Shown here piece after piece: positions 17,461-29,573 of a stretch of DNA of 64,000 nucleotides. Origin of the DNA: Terriglobia bacterium (GTDB lineage Bacteria; Acidobacteriota; Terriglobia; JAJPHL01; JAPKYU01); the NCBI GenBank assembly GCA_965223005.1, contig CBDCVK010000006.1:96001-160000 (forward strand), written 5' to 3'. A program made the position numbers and the translations under genes. Position 1 is the first letter of the stretch, and the number at the start of each line of letters is the position of its first letter. The notes under the pieces are model-generated. The model ran no database searches, was not told where the DNA came from, and was given only the letters and a program-made list of their open reading frames with translations.

Positions 17461-17961
17461 TTGAGTCAGTCCACACACAAGCGGGTCTTGGTTCGAAAAA
17501 TGAATAAGGAGGTCGTGCGTGGCTATGTGAATCCCCAAACTTTCCTCAAATCTGAAGGGGTTGAGATACTTTCTGTCACCGGGCAGGTTGTCTCCCTGTC
17601 CTACAAGGAGATCAAGGGTGTCCATTTCGTCCGGGACTTCGAAGGCAATCCCAGCCACCTGGAGCGCAAGGTGTTCACTTCCCGGCCCAAGTTGGACGGC
17701 CTGTGGCTGCGGATGAAATTCAAGGACAACGAAGTGCTGGACGGCATCTTGCCCAACAACCTTTTGCTGGTCGGCGAAAAAGGTTTCACCGTGGTTCCCC
17801 CAGACCCCTATGCGAACAGTCAGCGCATTTATGTCCCAAAGTCTTCGCTGGCTGAACTGACCGTCATGGGAGTGATTGGGAACCCGCTCAGGCACCCGCT
17901 GAGGCAGAAGAAGCGCGCTGCGGTAGCGGCGCAGGCGCAAATCCGACTGTTTACCGAATAG
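17461..17961 (+). CDS. Conserved hypothetical protein (DUF6982-like)
   Basis: MSQSTHKRVLVRK...KGVHFVRDF...GLWLRMKFKDNEVLDG...PPDPYANSQRIYVP; TTG start; precedes lpxD. Confidence 0.7.
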   Translation: MSQSTHKRVLVRKMNKEVVRGYVNPQTFLKSEGVEILSVTGQVVSLSYKEIKGVHFVRDFEGNPSHLERKVFTSRPKLDGLWLRMKFKDNEVLDGILPNNLLLVGEKGFTVVPPDPYANSQRIYVPKSSLAELTVMGVIGNPLRHPLRQKKRAAVAAQAQIRLFTE

Positions 17962-18010
17962 CCGTGGCTCGGCCCATTGGCCTCATCCTCGAACTGGAAC
18001 GCTAACTCCC

Positions 18011-19057
18011 ATGAAACTTTCCAAAATTGCTGAACGGCTGAGCTGCGCCCTGGAGGGCGACGGCGAGTTGGAAATCACCGGCGTTGCTGGCATGGAGCAG
18101 GCCGGACCCTCCGAACTGACCTTTCTAGCCAACCCGCGCTATGCGCCCAGGTTGAGCCAGACCCGGGCGGCGGCGGCCGTTGTCTCCCCCGATATAGGGT
18201 CCATCGGGCGGCCGGTGCTCCGCTCGCCCAATCCTTACCTGTGCTTTGCTCGGGCGCTGGAGTTGTTCTACCGCCCGCCACGACCCGTGCCGGGCATTCA
18301 TCCGCAGGCAGCCGTCGCGGCCAGCGCGCGCCTGGGAAAAAACGCCAGCGTGGGTCCTTTCGTCTCCATTGATGAGGACGTGGAGATTGGTGACAACGCC
18401 GTGCTGCACTCCCATGTAGCCGTCTATCGCGGGGCGCGCATTGGAAACGATTTCTATGCCCACAGCCACGCTGTAGTCCGAGAGTATTGCCGGATCGGTG
18501 ACCGGGTCATCTTGCAAAACGGCGTCATCATCGGGTCCGACGGCTACGGGTTTGCCCGCCAGGACGATGGCAGTCACTACAAAATCGTGCAGGCGGGCGT
18601 GGTGATCCTGGAAGATGACGTGGAAGTGCAGGCCCATAGCTGCATTGACCGGGGAACAATGGGCGAGACACGCATCAAGGCCGGCGCCAAGATTGACAAC
18701 CTGGTGCAGGTGGGCCATGCCTGCACAGTCGGCGAGAATAGTCTGCTGTGCGCCCAGGTAGGGTTGGCGGGCAGCACCGAACTGGGCCGCAATGTGCTAC
18801 TGGCCGGTCAGGCTGCTTCTGCCGGCCACCTCAAGATGGGCGACGGCGCCGTGCTGACTGCCAAGTCGGCTGTCCACCGCGATGTCCCCGCAGGGCAGAT
18901 GATTTCCGGCGCGCCCGGCCTGGACAACAAGCTGTGGCTGCGCTGCATCACCGCCTTCAGCCGTCTACCCGAACTGTTCCACACGGTTCGGGACCTGAAG
19001 GGAGAAGTGGAGCGGTTGAGGAAACCCCCCAGGAAAAGTAAACGGAAAAGCGCATGA
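18011..19057 (+). CDS. lpxD: UDP-3-O-acylglucosamine N-acyltransferase
   Basis: LTFLANPRY, NPYLCFA, hexapeptide repeats, GSDGYGF, KIDNLVQVGH. Confidence 0.95.
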   Translation: MKLSKIAERLSCALEGDGELEITGVAGMEQAGPSELTFLANPRYAPRLSQTRAAAAVVSPDIGSIGRPVLRSPNPYLCFARALELFYRPPRPVPGIHPQAAVAASARLGKNASVGPFVSIDEDVEIGDNAVLHSHVAVYRGARIGNDFYAHSHAVVREYCRIGDRVILQNGVIIGSDGYGFARQDDGSHYKIVQAGVVILEDDVEVQAHSCIDRGTMGETRIKAGAKIDNLVQVGHACTVGENSLLCAQVGLAGSTELGRNVLLAGQAASAGHLKMGDGAVLTAKSAVHRDVPAGQMISGAPGLDNKLWLRCITAFSRLPELFHTVRDLKGEVERLRKPPRKSKRKSA

Positions 19058-20064
19058 AAATCGTCAGCCGCGCCCCCACGCGGGTGGATCTGGCCGGCGG
19101 CACGTTGGACATCTGGCCGCTCTACCTGTTCCACGAGGACGCCCAGACGATCAACTTCGCTACCACGCTCTACGCCACCTGCGTCATCGAGCCTCGGCGC
19201 GACAAGCGGATTCACCTTAAATCCCACGATCTGGGACTCGGCGAGACTTTCGGGAACCTCGCGCAGGTGATCAAGGCCGATCGCTACAAGCTCCCTTTGC
19301 TAGCTCGCCTGATCCGCTTCTTTGCACCGGTCCAAGGTCTGACGCTGACCACCACCTCGGAGGCCCCGGCCGGAGCCGGTATCGCCGGCTCCTCGGCCCT
19401 GAACATAGCCGTGTGCGGGGCGCTCAACCAGTGGACCGGGGCAGGCTTCCCCAAGTCCAAATTGGTGGAGATTGCTCGCAACGTGGAGGCCCAGGTGATC
19501 CGCGTGCCCACCGGGGATCAGGACTTTTATCCGGCGACCTATGGTGGCGTGAACGCCATTCGGCTGACGCCCGGCGGCGTGATCCGGGAACGAGTTCGGG
19601 TGGACAGCGGAGCGCTGCTGCGCCGGCTCGTGCTGGCCTACACCGGGTTCCCACGCGAGTCGGGCATCAACAACTGGGAGGTGATGAAAGCGCACATTGA
19701 TGGTGACAAGCGGGTGATCCGCAACTTCACCCGTATCGCCGAAATTTCGCGGCTGCTTCGGTGGGCGCTGGAGCGGCAGGACTGGGAAGAAGTGGGTCGC
19801 TTGATCCAGGCCGAATGGAACCATCGCAAGAGAAACGCCCCGGGCATCACAACGCCGCTCATTGAGCGCCTGACCCGGGTGGCTTCCCGCCACGGGGCGA
19901 CCGCGGCCAAGGTCTGCGGAGCCGGAGGCGGGGGTTGCGTGCTGTTCTACGTGGAGGACGGCGCTAAGCGACGCGTAGCCCAAGCGCTGGCGAGCCATGG
20001 CGGCCGTATCCTGCCTGTCGGCATCTCGGCCCACGGACTCACCGTCCGGGTGTACCGGACATGA
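19054..20064 (+). CDS. GHMP kinase (HddA-like sugar/heptose-phosphate kinase)
   Basis: APTRVDLAGGTLD, PAGAGIAGSS, GDQD, KVCGAGGGG. Confidence 0.85.
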   Translation: MKIVSRAPTRVDLAGGTLDIWPLYLFHEDAQTINFATTLYATCVIEPRRDKRIHLKSHDLGLGETFGNLAQVIKADRYKLPLLARLIRFFAPVQGLTLTTTSEAPAGAGIAGSSALNIAVCGALNQWTGAGFPKSKLVEIARNVEAQVIRVPTGDQDFYPATYGGVNAIRLTPGGVIRERVRVDSGALLRRLVLAYTGFPRESGINNWEVMKAHIDGDKRVIRNFTRIAEISRLLRWALERQDWEEVGRLIQAEWNHRKRNAPGITTPLIERLTRVASRHGATAAKVCGAGGGGCVLFYVEDGAKRRVAQALASHGGRILPVGISAHGLTVRVYRT

Positions 20065-20089
20065 AGCGGCAAGCTACTCGGGTTGAAAG

Positions 20090-20118
20090 AGCAGATTCCT
20101 CGCTTCGCTCGGAATGAC
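20090..20118. repeat. REP-like element half (AGCAGATTCCTCGCTTCGCTCGGAATGAC)
   Basis: Near-identical to 40398-40426 and related to 53985-54005. Confidence 0.75.
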
Positions 20119-20132
20119 CAGGGAGCACCCTC

Positions 20133-20192
20133 GCCAGAATCGCAGAGACCGGGCCAGAATCGCAGAGACCGCGCCAGGATCGCAGTGACCAC
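20133..20192. repeat. 20-bp tandem repeat x3 (GCCAGAATCGCAGAGACCGG), third copy degenerate
   Basis: Units at 20133, 20153 and 20173, just upstream of the CPBP gene. Confidence 0.9.
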
Positions 20193-20201
20193 GGTTGAAC
20201 C

Positions 20202-21088
20202 ATGACCCCTAAGTTTCCCCTTCCGTTTGCTGGCCCGCCGGGTCGTTTGCGGGCGGCCTGGCGCTTCTTTCTGTTCGTTCTCCTGTATGTGCTTTCTGCC
20301 TGGGTGGTGATGGGATTGTTGCTGTTTCCGGCATCCCCGCCTACGGCCAACCTGCAGTTCGTGCTGTTCTCGGTGATCGCGGGCTTGTTCGCGGTGGCGA
20401 TGGCCACATGGTTCATGCTGGGAGCGGTGGAGCACCGACCGCTCAGCTTTGTCGGGCTGGGAGGCGAGCCGGGCTGGTTTTCCCAACTGGCCGGCGGCTT
20501 TCTGCTGGGGCTCGCCATGATAGGGGGTGTCGCATTGCTGCAGTGGGCCACCGGGCACTTGCGGGTGGTTCCAAGCGGGGTTCCGGCAGCGGACGGTGTC
20601 GCCCGCCTGCTGTTGTTTTTCTTCGTTTTTCTGGCCGGCGCAGTGCACGAGGAGCTGCTGGCCCGCGGCTACCCCTTCCAGCGGCTGCTGGAGGTACTTG
20701 GGACGCCAGCGGCGGTATTAGTCCAGGGGGCCATTTTTGCCGCCCTGCATTACAGCAATCCCAGCGCCAGCTTGGTGGGCACGGTTAACACCATGCTGGT
20801 AGGTATCTTGTTCGCCGTCGCCTACCTGCGCACCGGACGACTGTGGCTGCCCATTGGGCTGCATTGGGGCTGGAACTTTTTTGAAGCGGCTTTTGGATTT
20901 CCCGTGAGTGGGATTAGAATAGTATGTGGACCGCTGGTGGCAGAGGTCAGCGGAGCCGAGTTGCTCCACGGCGGTGGGTACGGGCCGGAAGCGTCATTGC
21001 CCGCTACGTTGGTGATTTCGGCGGTCACTGTGGCGCTGATCCTGCGAGGGGGTCAAAGCCAGACGCCAGCGCGCTCGAGCGAAGTTCA

Positions 21089-21092
<4 letters not shown>
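20202..21092 (+). CDS. CPBP (CAAX/Abi) family intramembrane metalloprotease
   Basis: EELLARGY, FAALH, HWGWN motifs; multiple TM helices. Confidence 0.9.
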
Positions 21093-23153
<2,061 letters not shown>

Positions 23154-23209
23154 AACGAAAAAGTCCCGGACTAAGAGCTCCGGCCTTGGACCCTGAACAG
23201 GGACGGTTT

Positions 23210-24418
23210 ATGCCTAAGCTTTCCATTCGCGACCTCCAGCTGAAAGGGAAGCGCGTCTTCATTCGGGTGGATTTCAACGTCCCCCTGGCGGGTGATCATG
23301 TGGAAGACGACACCCGCATCCGCGAGACTCTGCCCACGCTTCGGCTGGCGATCGAGGGCGGTGCGCGGCTGGTACTGGCCTCGCATCTGGGTCGTCCCAA
23401 GGGCAAAGTGAATCCCAAGTATAGTCTCAAGCCCGCGGCCGGCCGGCTCGCCGAGCTGCTCGGCAAACCTGCCAACTTTGCTCCCGACTGCGTGGGTCAG
23501 GAGGTCGAGCGATTGGCAGGTGCCTTGAAGGACGGCGACGTGTTGCTGCTCGAGAACCTGCGCTTCCACCCCGAGGAGGAAGCCAATGACCCGAAGTTTT
23601 CCCGGCAGCTGGCCGCACTGTGCGACATCTACGTGAACGATGCCTTCGGCAGCGCGCACCGGGCTCACGCGTCCACCGAGGGAATTGCCCGCCACGTGAC
23701 GCCAGCGGCCGCCGGCCTGCTAATGGAGAAGGAGTTGCGGTATCTGACGCAAGCCATCACCGACCCCGCCCGTCCGTATGTGGCGATTCTCGGCGGCGCC
23801 AAAGTGTCCGACAAGATTGAGGTGATTAACAATCTGCTGCAGCTTTGCGACAGCCTGTTGATCGGCGGGGCCATGGCCTACACCTTCCTTCGCGTCAAAG
23901 GACGACCCGTGGGCGGTTCGCTGGTGGAAGCCGACAAGCTGGACCTGGCGCAGCGGGTGCTCGACGAAATCAAGCAGCGTAAGTTCCGCTTCCTGCTTCC
24001 CTCCGATCACGTCACCGCCCAGAAAGCGGAAGCGGGCGCCGAAAAGCACGTGGTGGATGACTCGGCGCCCGGCGGCGTTGCGGAGGGCTGGATGGGGTTG
24101 GACATCGGCCCGGCCACCACCCGTACCTATGCAGCCGAGATTGCCCGCGCCAAAACTGTAGTGTGGAACGGCCCGATGGGTGTGTTTGAGATCGACGATT
24201 TCGCCCAGGGCACTCTGGAAGTGGCTCGGGCAGTGGCCGCCTCTGGGGCGCTCAGTATTGTCGGCGGCGGCGACTCGGTTTCGGCTCTGGCCAAGGCCGG
24301 GCTCACGGAGAAGGTCACCCACGTCTCCACGGGCGGGGGGGCCTCGCTGGAATTTCTCGCCGGGCGAAAGCTGCCCGGCGTGGAAGCCCTCACGGAAGCC
24401 ACCCGCGCCAGCCGGTAG
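23210..24418 (+). CDS. pgk: Phosphoglycerate kinase
   Basis: RVDFNVP, SHLGRP, NDAFGSAHRAHAS, GGAKVSDK, STGGGASLEFL. Confidence 0.97.
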   Translation: MPKLSIRDLQLKGKRVFIRVDFNVPLAGDHVEDDTRIRETLPTLRLAIEGGARLVLASHLGRPKGKVNPKYSLKPAAGRLAELLGKPANFAPDCVGQEVERLAGALKDGDVLLLENLRFHPEEEANDPKFSRQLAALCDIYVNDAFGSAHRAHASTEGIARHVTPAAAGLLMEKELRYLTQAITDPARPYVAILGGAKVSDKIEVINNLLQLCDSLLIGGAMAYTFLRVKGRPVGGSLVEADKLDLAQRVLDEIKQRKFRFLLPSDHVTAQKAEAGAEKHVVDDSAPGGVAEGWMGLDIGPATTRTYAAEIARAKTVVWNGPMGVFEIDDFAQGTLEVARAVAASGALSIVGGGDSVSALAKAGLTEKVTHVSTGGGASLEFLAGRKLPGVEALTEATRASR

Positions 24419-24513
24419 CAGCCGCCTTTGGGAAGAATGGAAGTGGGCAACAGTCGAGAATTTCTTGCGATGATAGAATGGATAAAGATGGGGGTCTGAA
24501 ATAGGAGAAGGCC

Positions 24514-26925
24514 ATGCCGGTCAACGCCAAACAGGAAATCCAGTCTGGGCACGGTTACGATCTGGAGATCTTACAGAGAATTCAACATCGGGTTCTCTGG
24601 CTCAGCACGCAGATGATCCACCATGCCAATTCCGTGCGCGACAATCCCGGCAAGGTGAAGGTGGGTGGGCATCAAGCCAGTTCCGCGTCCATGGTAAGCC
24701 TGATGACCGCGCTTTACTTTCACACTTTGCGCACCGGTGACCGAGTGTCCGTGAAGCCCCATGCCTCCCCCGTTTATCATGCCATTCAGTTTCTGCTGGG
24801 GAAGTTGCCGGAAGAGAAGCTCAAGGAATTCCGCAGTTTCAAAGGATTGCAGGCCTATCCCAGCCGCACCAAGGATGTGGATGGAGTGGACATTTCTACC
24901 GGCTCGATAGGGCTCGGGGCGGTCACACCCAACTTTGCGGCGCTCACACAGCAGTTTGTTCAGGACCATTTCGGTCGTCCTGGACGAAGTCGCTTTGTTG
25001 CCCTCGTGGGAGATGCCGAATTGGATGAAGGAAATGTCTGGGAAGCTCTCGGGGAAGAGAATCTCCGGCGCCTGGGCCGGGTGCTTTGGATTATTGACCT
25101 CAATCGACAAAGCCTGGATCGGGTCGTACCCAGTGGGAAGGCGCAAAAAATCGAGGAAATGTTCCGCGTCAACGACTGGCATGTGCTGGAACTGAAATAC
25201 GGCCGACGCTTGGAAGAAGCCTTTGCTCGGCCAGCCGGGCAGAAGTTGCGCCTTCGCATTGATTTGATGAGCAACGAGGAGTATCAAAGCCTGCTGCGGC
25301 TCAATGATGGAGAGAAAATCCGACAAAAGTTAGCATGGAGTGACGGAGTCCTCGACGAGGAATTGCTGCGCCTGCTCGAGACTTATCCCGCCCGGGAAAT
25401 GAAGAGTTTGTTATCGGATCTGGCTGGGCATGATTTACAAGAAATCCTGACCGTTCTCGAAGAAGCTGAGCAGATTAACACCGGCCCCGTGGTCATTGTG
25501 GCCTATACCATCAAAGGCTGGAGCTTGCCCATTGCTGGTGACCCACTGAATCATTCCAAGCTGCTGACCCAGCAGCAAATGGAGGAACTCCAGCAGCAAT
25601 TGGAAGTCCCTACGGGGGAGGAGTTTGCAGGCTTCGCTGAGGGAAGCCCGGAGGCGCGCTATGTTCAATCTCACCTGCAGCGCTTGAAATTACAAGCAGA
25701 GGAGTTGAGCGCTCCTGGTCCAGCGGCCCACCCACCAATTCCCGAGACACTGCACTCCACCTACAAGGGGGAGACGTCTACCCAGCAGGCTCTGGGCAGT
25801 CTCCTGCTGGCCTGCAGCCGTATCCCCGAGATTGCCGAACGACTGGTCACCGTCTCACCTGACGTGGCTACCTCTACCAACCTGGGCGGATGGATCAACA
25901 AGATGGGGGTATATTGCCCCCAGGAAATGAACAATTACTTTCGCGAAAATGCGATTCCATTAATGCTAAATTGGGAGCAGAAGCCGCGAGGCCATCATAT
26001 TGAGCTGGGTGTTTCCGAAAATAACCTTTTCCTGCTTCTGAACGCGCTCGGCTTGGCCCAAGAACTCAGCGGAGAAACGTTGCTTCCGATGGGAACCCTC
26101 TATGACCCATTCGTTTGTCGGGGTCTAGATGCTCTCATCTATTCAGCTTACAGCAAATCAAAGTTTATCTTTGCTGCTACGCCTTCGGGAATCACGTTGG
26201 GCCCGGAAGGCGGGTCTCATCAGTCCTTCATCACTCCATCCATCGGCATCGAACTGCCCAATCTGGTTTACTACGAGCCCACTTTTGCCCACGAACTGGA
26301 ATGGATTTTCTTGGCAGCATTGAGAAACCTGTTGGATCGGAAGGAAGGGCAAATTGTTTATTTGCGGCTGTCCACTCGACCTATCGAGCAAGCTCTTTTC
26401 CCGCAAAAAAGGTTGGGCGACGAGACATACGCCAACACTTTGCGTGAACATGTCGTGCGCGGTGGTTATCGGATTGTCGATTACAGTGCCGAGCCCTCCT
26501 ACCAACCTGGAGTGAATGTCGTAAACATTTTCTCCTGCGGGGTCATGATCCCCAATGCCATAGAAGCCAGCCAGTTACTTCGCGAGGAAGACGTCTTTGC
26601 CAATGTGATTAGCGCGACCAGTCCCTGTCTCCTCTATCGCAGCTGGCAACAAGCCAACAAGCACAGGATGAAAAGCTCGACCGCCGGAGTCGGTTTTCAT
26701 CTGGAACGTTTGATCCCTCTGGCGGAACGCCAGGCCCCCGTCGTCACCGTGATGGATGGCCATTCCCACGCGCTTTCCTTTATTGGCAGTGTCTTTGGGA
26801 CCAGAACCATCGGTCTGGGAGTGGAGGAATTTGGCCAGTCGGGTACCCAAAAAGAACTTTACGATTACTATGGAATCAGCACCGGAACCATTGTTGAAGC
26901 GGCCATACAGTCACTGGAAGAGTGA
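24514..26925 (+). CDS. Homodimeric 2-oxoacid (pyruvate) dehydrogenase E1 / transketolase-like ThDP enzyme (AceE-like)
   Basis: KVGGHQASSAS, STGSIGLG, GDAELDEG...NRQSLD ThDP motif, EGGSHQS, FGQSG. Confidence 0.85.
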   Translation: MPVNAKQEIQSGHGYDLEILQRIQHRVLWLSTQMIHHANSVRDNPGKVKVGGHQASSASMVSLMTALYFHTLRTGDRVSVKPHASPVYHAIQFLLGKLPEEKLKEFRSFKGLQAYPSRTKDVDGVDISTGSIGLGAVTPNFAALTQQFVQDHFGRPGRSRFVALVGDAELDEGNVWEALGEENLRRLGRVLWIIDLNRQSLDRVVPSGKAQKIEEMFRVNDWHVLELKYGRRLEEAFARPAGQKLRLRIDLMSNEEYQSLLRLNDGEKIRQKLAWSDGVLDEELLRLLETYPAREMKSLLSDLAGHDLQEILTVLEEAEQINTGPVVIVAYTIKGWSLPIAGDPLNHSKLLTQQQMEELQQQLEVPTGEEFAGFAEGSPEARYVQSHLQRLKLQAEELSAPGPAAHPPIPETLHSTYKGETSTQQALGSLLLACSRIPEIAERLVTVSPDVATSTNLGGWINKMGVYCPQEMNNYFRENAIPLMLNWEQKPRGHHIELGVSENNLFLLLNALGLAQELSGETLLPMGTLYDPFVCRGLDALIYSAYSKSKFIFAATPSGITLGPEGGSHQSFITPSIGIELPNLVYYEPTFAHELEWIFLAALRNLLDRKEGQIVYLRLSTRPIEQALFPQKRLGDETYANTLREHVVRGGYRIVDYSAEPSYQPGVNVVNIFSCGVMIPNAIEASQLLREEDVFANVISATSPCLLYRSWQQANKHRMKSSTAGVGFHLERLIPLAERQAPVVTVMDGHSHALSFIGSVFGTRTIGLGVEEFGQSGTQKELYDYYGISTGTIVEAAIQSLEE

Positions 26926-27017
26926 AGCAACCTTGGAAAGCTAGGTTGCTACCGAATCATCAGCAAAAGTAGCAGAACTGCCAGCCGGCACTTGGTACCT
27001 GACACCCGAACCTGCCT

Positions 27018-27626
27018 TTAGTCAAAACTCTTGCGCATCATCTCGGCGAAGTTCTCCCCCGACTCGGTCCACAGCAAGCGCTTTTCGACCGGCAGTCGGT
27101 TCTCCAATTGGTGGACGAAGTCCATCAGCTTGCGGAGGTTTTCCTGAAGGCGCCGGCGATAGTCGCCTGTCAGCATGCGCGCCTGGGCATCGGGGATGTC
27201 CTGGTCCGCACGGAAGGGCGTGTCCAGACCAAAATCCACTTCCAGGTGACCGCGCTCGGTTTGTCCGTCCTCAAAATCGGGGCCGTGGCAAAGCAATGTG
27301 ACCGAGCGCGCTGCCCTCCTCCAGGCCGCTGCGCCCCCGTTGGTCTGGAATACCCACAGGTCCCAGAACATGGACGCTTGGTAGGAATAATCGACATGCA
27401 GGAACTCGGCGGCCAGCGCCAGGACGTCGCCAATTTCGGCGCCCTCGCGGAATGTCTGATCCACAACGGGAGGCTCGGTCCAGTTGAGAGGATGGACCCG
27501 CAGAGCCTGCACCCGGGGGCGCAACTCGGAGTAGGGAAATGCCTCCAACAGTACGCGGAAGCGTTCTAGCATCCGCGCCTCTTCTTGCTCCTTTAGCCAG
27601 AGACTTAGGTAGAAACGGTCAGCCAT
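27018..27626 (-). CDS. Conserved hypothetical protein
   Basis: 202-aa ORF with coding-like composition; MADRFYLSLW...LWTESGENFAE. Confidence 0.7.
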   Translation of the reverse strand: MADRFYLSLWLKEQEEARMLERFRVLLEAFPYSELRPRVQALRVHPLNWTEPPVVDQTFREGAEIGDVLALAAEFLHVDYSYQASMFWDLWVFQTNGGAAAWRRAARSVTLLCHGPDFEDGQTERGHLEVDFGLDTPFRADQDIPDAQARMLTGDYRRRLQENLRKLMDFVHQLENRLPVEKRLLWTESGENFAEMMRKSFD

Positions 27627-27683
27627 GAGTTTGTTCGGACTGCTCTGCTCGATGACTGTGGGCTACGTCCTCGAGCTGCGCAC

Positions 27684-29519
27684 TTATCCAGGGGTCTCAA
27701 GCGTCAGATCCCACCCGCCTAAGTGATGCAAGCGGGTTGCCGCCGGAACGATTGCTGGTTCCCCTGCTGTTATCCAGCGGGCAACCTCCTTCCGGTGACC
27801 GAGTCGGGGCACCTTCCTGACCCGGCTGATTCCATCCCAGAAGAAGAAGTTTTCAACTCCTCCACTATAGAGGAAGTGCGCTTTGCGAAGGTATTGCTCG
27901 GACGTCAGGGCACGTGGCATCAGGTTAAGAGCCAACCGGCAATTCGTCCCCCTCACCAGCGAAACGAAGTAGTCGATATCCTCGCGATTCTCCCAGGCCG
28001 GTTCGTAGCTGTTCAAACGAATGGAGGACGAGTAGGGAATAATCGTGTCGACCAGCCCCTCGTGGATCCATGTGTGGAGATCCATCCCGTGCAGCCGGTT
28101 CTCTTCCTTTCGGAATACGACAGCTGAGATGGCCACTCGTTGCGACCGCTGCGTCCGTTGAATGACTTCATCCATTTCCTTTCTTAGCTCCCGCATAAAC
28201 TCAGTGAGTGCCGAGCTTCGATAGGAGAGCCAGCGGGGATCGTGCTCGTCCAGTTGGCGAGGGTCCTGGCCATAGCGGGCCGTGAACCCCTCGACCAGAG
28301 GCGCTTCGTAAGCGACGAGCGGGGGCCGGCGGTTGTAGAGGACACACACGCCATCGATGGGATACTCCGCCATTTCTCGAAACAACCGGAGCACATAGCG
28401 GCGAGTCTCCGGAAAGGCATAAGACATTCTTGGCAACCTGGTTCCGTCCCGAGCCACACAAACCAGCTCAGGATGTTCTTTGATAAAACTTCCCCGGATA
28501 TCATCATATGGGGGTGGATGGACAAATCCCGCCGTTCGATAAGCCGCGTGAAATTCGACACCGATCTTCTTTGCGAATTCAGCAGCCACTCGAAGCTGAT
28601 CCGTCCCTTTCTGTCGATAGGCCTGCCAGGTTAAAGCCCACTCGCGGTCAATGACTCGAGGGAAGAAAACCGGAGCATCCTCAAGCGAGCTGGCGTAGTC
28701 CCTGCCAATCTGAGAGAAGTACAAGGTACGGTCGCCGCCTCCCGCTTCCCAGTAGATGCGAGCCACGTCGGTGTGGCGCAGGGGTTCAAGGTATTTGAGA
28801 ATCTCCTCAGTGGATCCGGTGACGTTGGAGAGGTGAGCATCGCTATGCACGAATAGCCGTTTGGTATCCGTTCGGCTCCGGTCCTCTTGCACGGCGCGAA
28901 CCTCTTCTTCAGAAAGAGGGACCAATTTGATATATCCAACCCAGCTATGTTGAACCCTTGGTAATTTAATCTGGCGAATGACGATATCGCGCCCGGTCAA
29001 ATCGGCGGTTTTCCAGTAGATATCATCGATCCAGTTCTCTTGATGATCCGTTTCACCAGGGCGCCCGGTTAGAATGGTATAAGCTGGATCGTCGCCGAGT
29101 TTAACCTGGACTTGTTTAGGGCGTTCAAACGGCTTTCGATAGATCCCGATGTAGATTTCGTACCAACCTGAGCGACCCAAGGAATAGCTCACGTCTGGTG
29201 CGTCGCTCTCCTCGGTAGCTACCAACATCGTCCCCGAAAAAGCGCGGCTTTTGTACTTAAGCATCCGCCAGACGCCCGGTGCTGAACCCTCCGACAAAGC
29301 CGCCGAGGGCTGGCATTTCTCTAGATCCGACAGATAAATCGCTATCCCCTCACCAACGGGTTCCCCCTTACTCCGCCCCGATTCTTGGGCGCGGACGAGA
29401 GGAGGCTGAATTCCGGCTGTGACTCCGGCGAGTCCCGTTGCTTTCAGAAACTGCCGTCGACTAAGTGGAGCCAATCTCGATTGCGGACCCTTTGGCGACC
29501 GCCGATCGGTACGTCGCAT
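27684..29519 (-). CDS. Tat-exported TIM-barrel glycoside-hydrolase-like protein (GHL10-like)
   Basis: SRRQFLK twin-arginine signal; HPELVC...MSYAFPETRRY...YPIDGV; W..EGLVD motifs. Confidence 0.7.
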   Translation of the reverse strand: MRRTDRRSPKGPQSRLAPLSRRQFLKATGLAGVTAGIQPPLVRAQESGRSKGEPVGEGIAIYLSDLEKCQPSAALSEGSAPGVWRMLKYKSRAFSGTMLVATEESDAPDVSYSLGRSGWYEIYIGIYRKPFERPKQVQVKLGDDPAYTILTGRPGETDHQENWIDDIYWKTADLTGRDIVIRQIKLPRVQHSWVGYIKLVPLSEEEVRAVQEDRSRTDTKRLFVHSDAHLSNVTGSTEEILKYLEPLRHTDVARIYWEAGGGDRTLYFSQIGRDYASSLEDAPVFFPRVIDREWALTWQAYRQKGTDQLRVAAEFAKKIGVEFHAAYRTAGFVHPPPYDDIRGSFIKEHPELVCVARDGTRLPRMSYAFPETRRYVLRLFREMAEYPIDGVCVLYNRRPPLVAYEAPLVEGFTARYGQDPRQLDEHDPRWLSYRSSALTEFMRELRKEMDEVIQRTQRSQRVAISAVVFRKEENRLHGMDLHTWIHEGLVDTIIPYSSSIRLNSYEPAWENREDIDYFVSLVRGTNCRLALNLMPRALTSEQYLRKAHFLYSGGVENFFFWDGISRVRKVPRLGHRKEVARWITAGEPAIVPAATRLHHLGGWDLTLETPG

Positions 29520-29573
29520 TTTCTACTCCTGTCAGAGGCACCAAAGATGGCCACCAGGCAATCCGCGTTGATT

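Noticed and set aside
20133-20192. Possible mini-CRISPR
   Set aside because: Head-to-tail repeats without unique spacers
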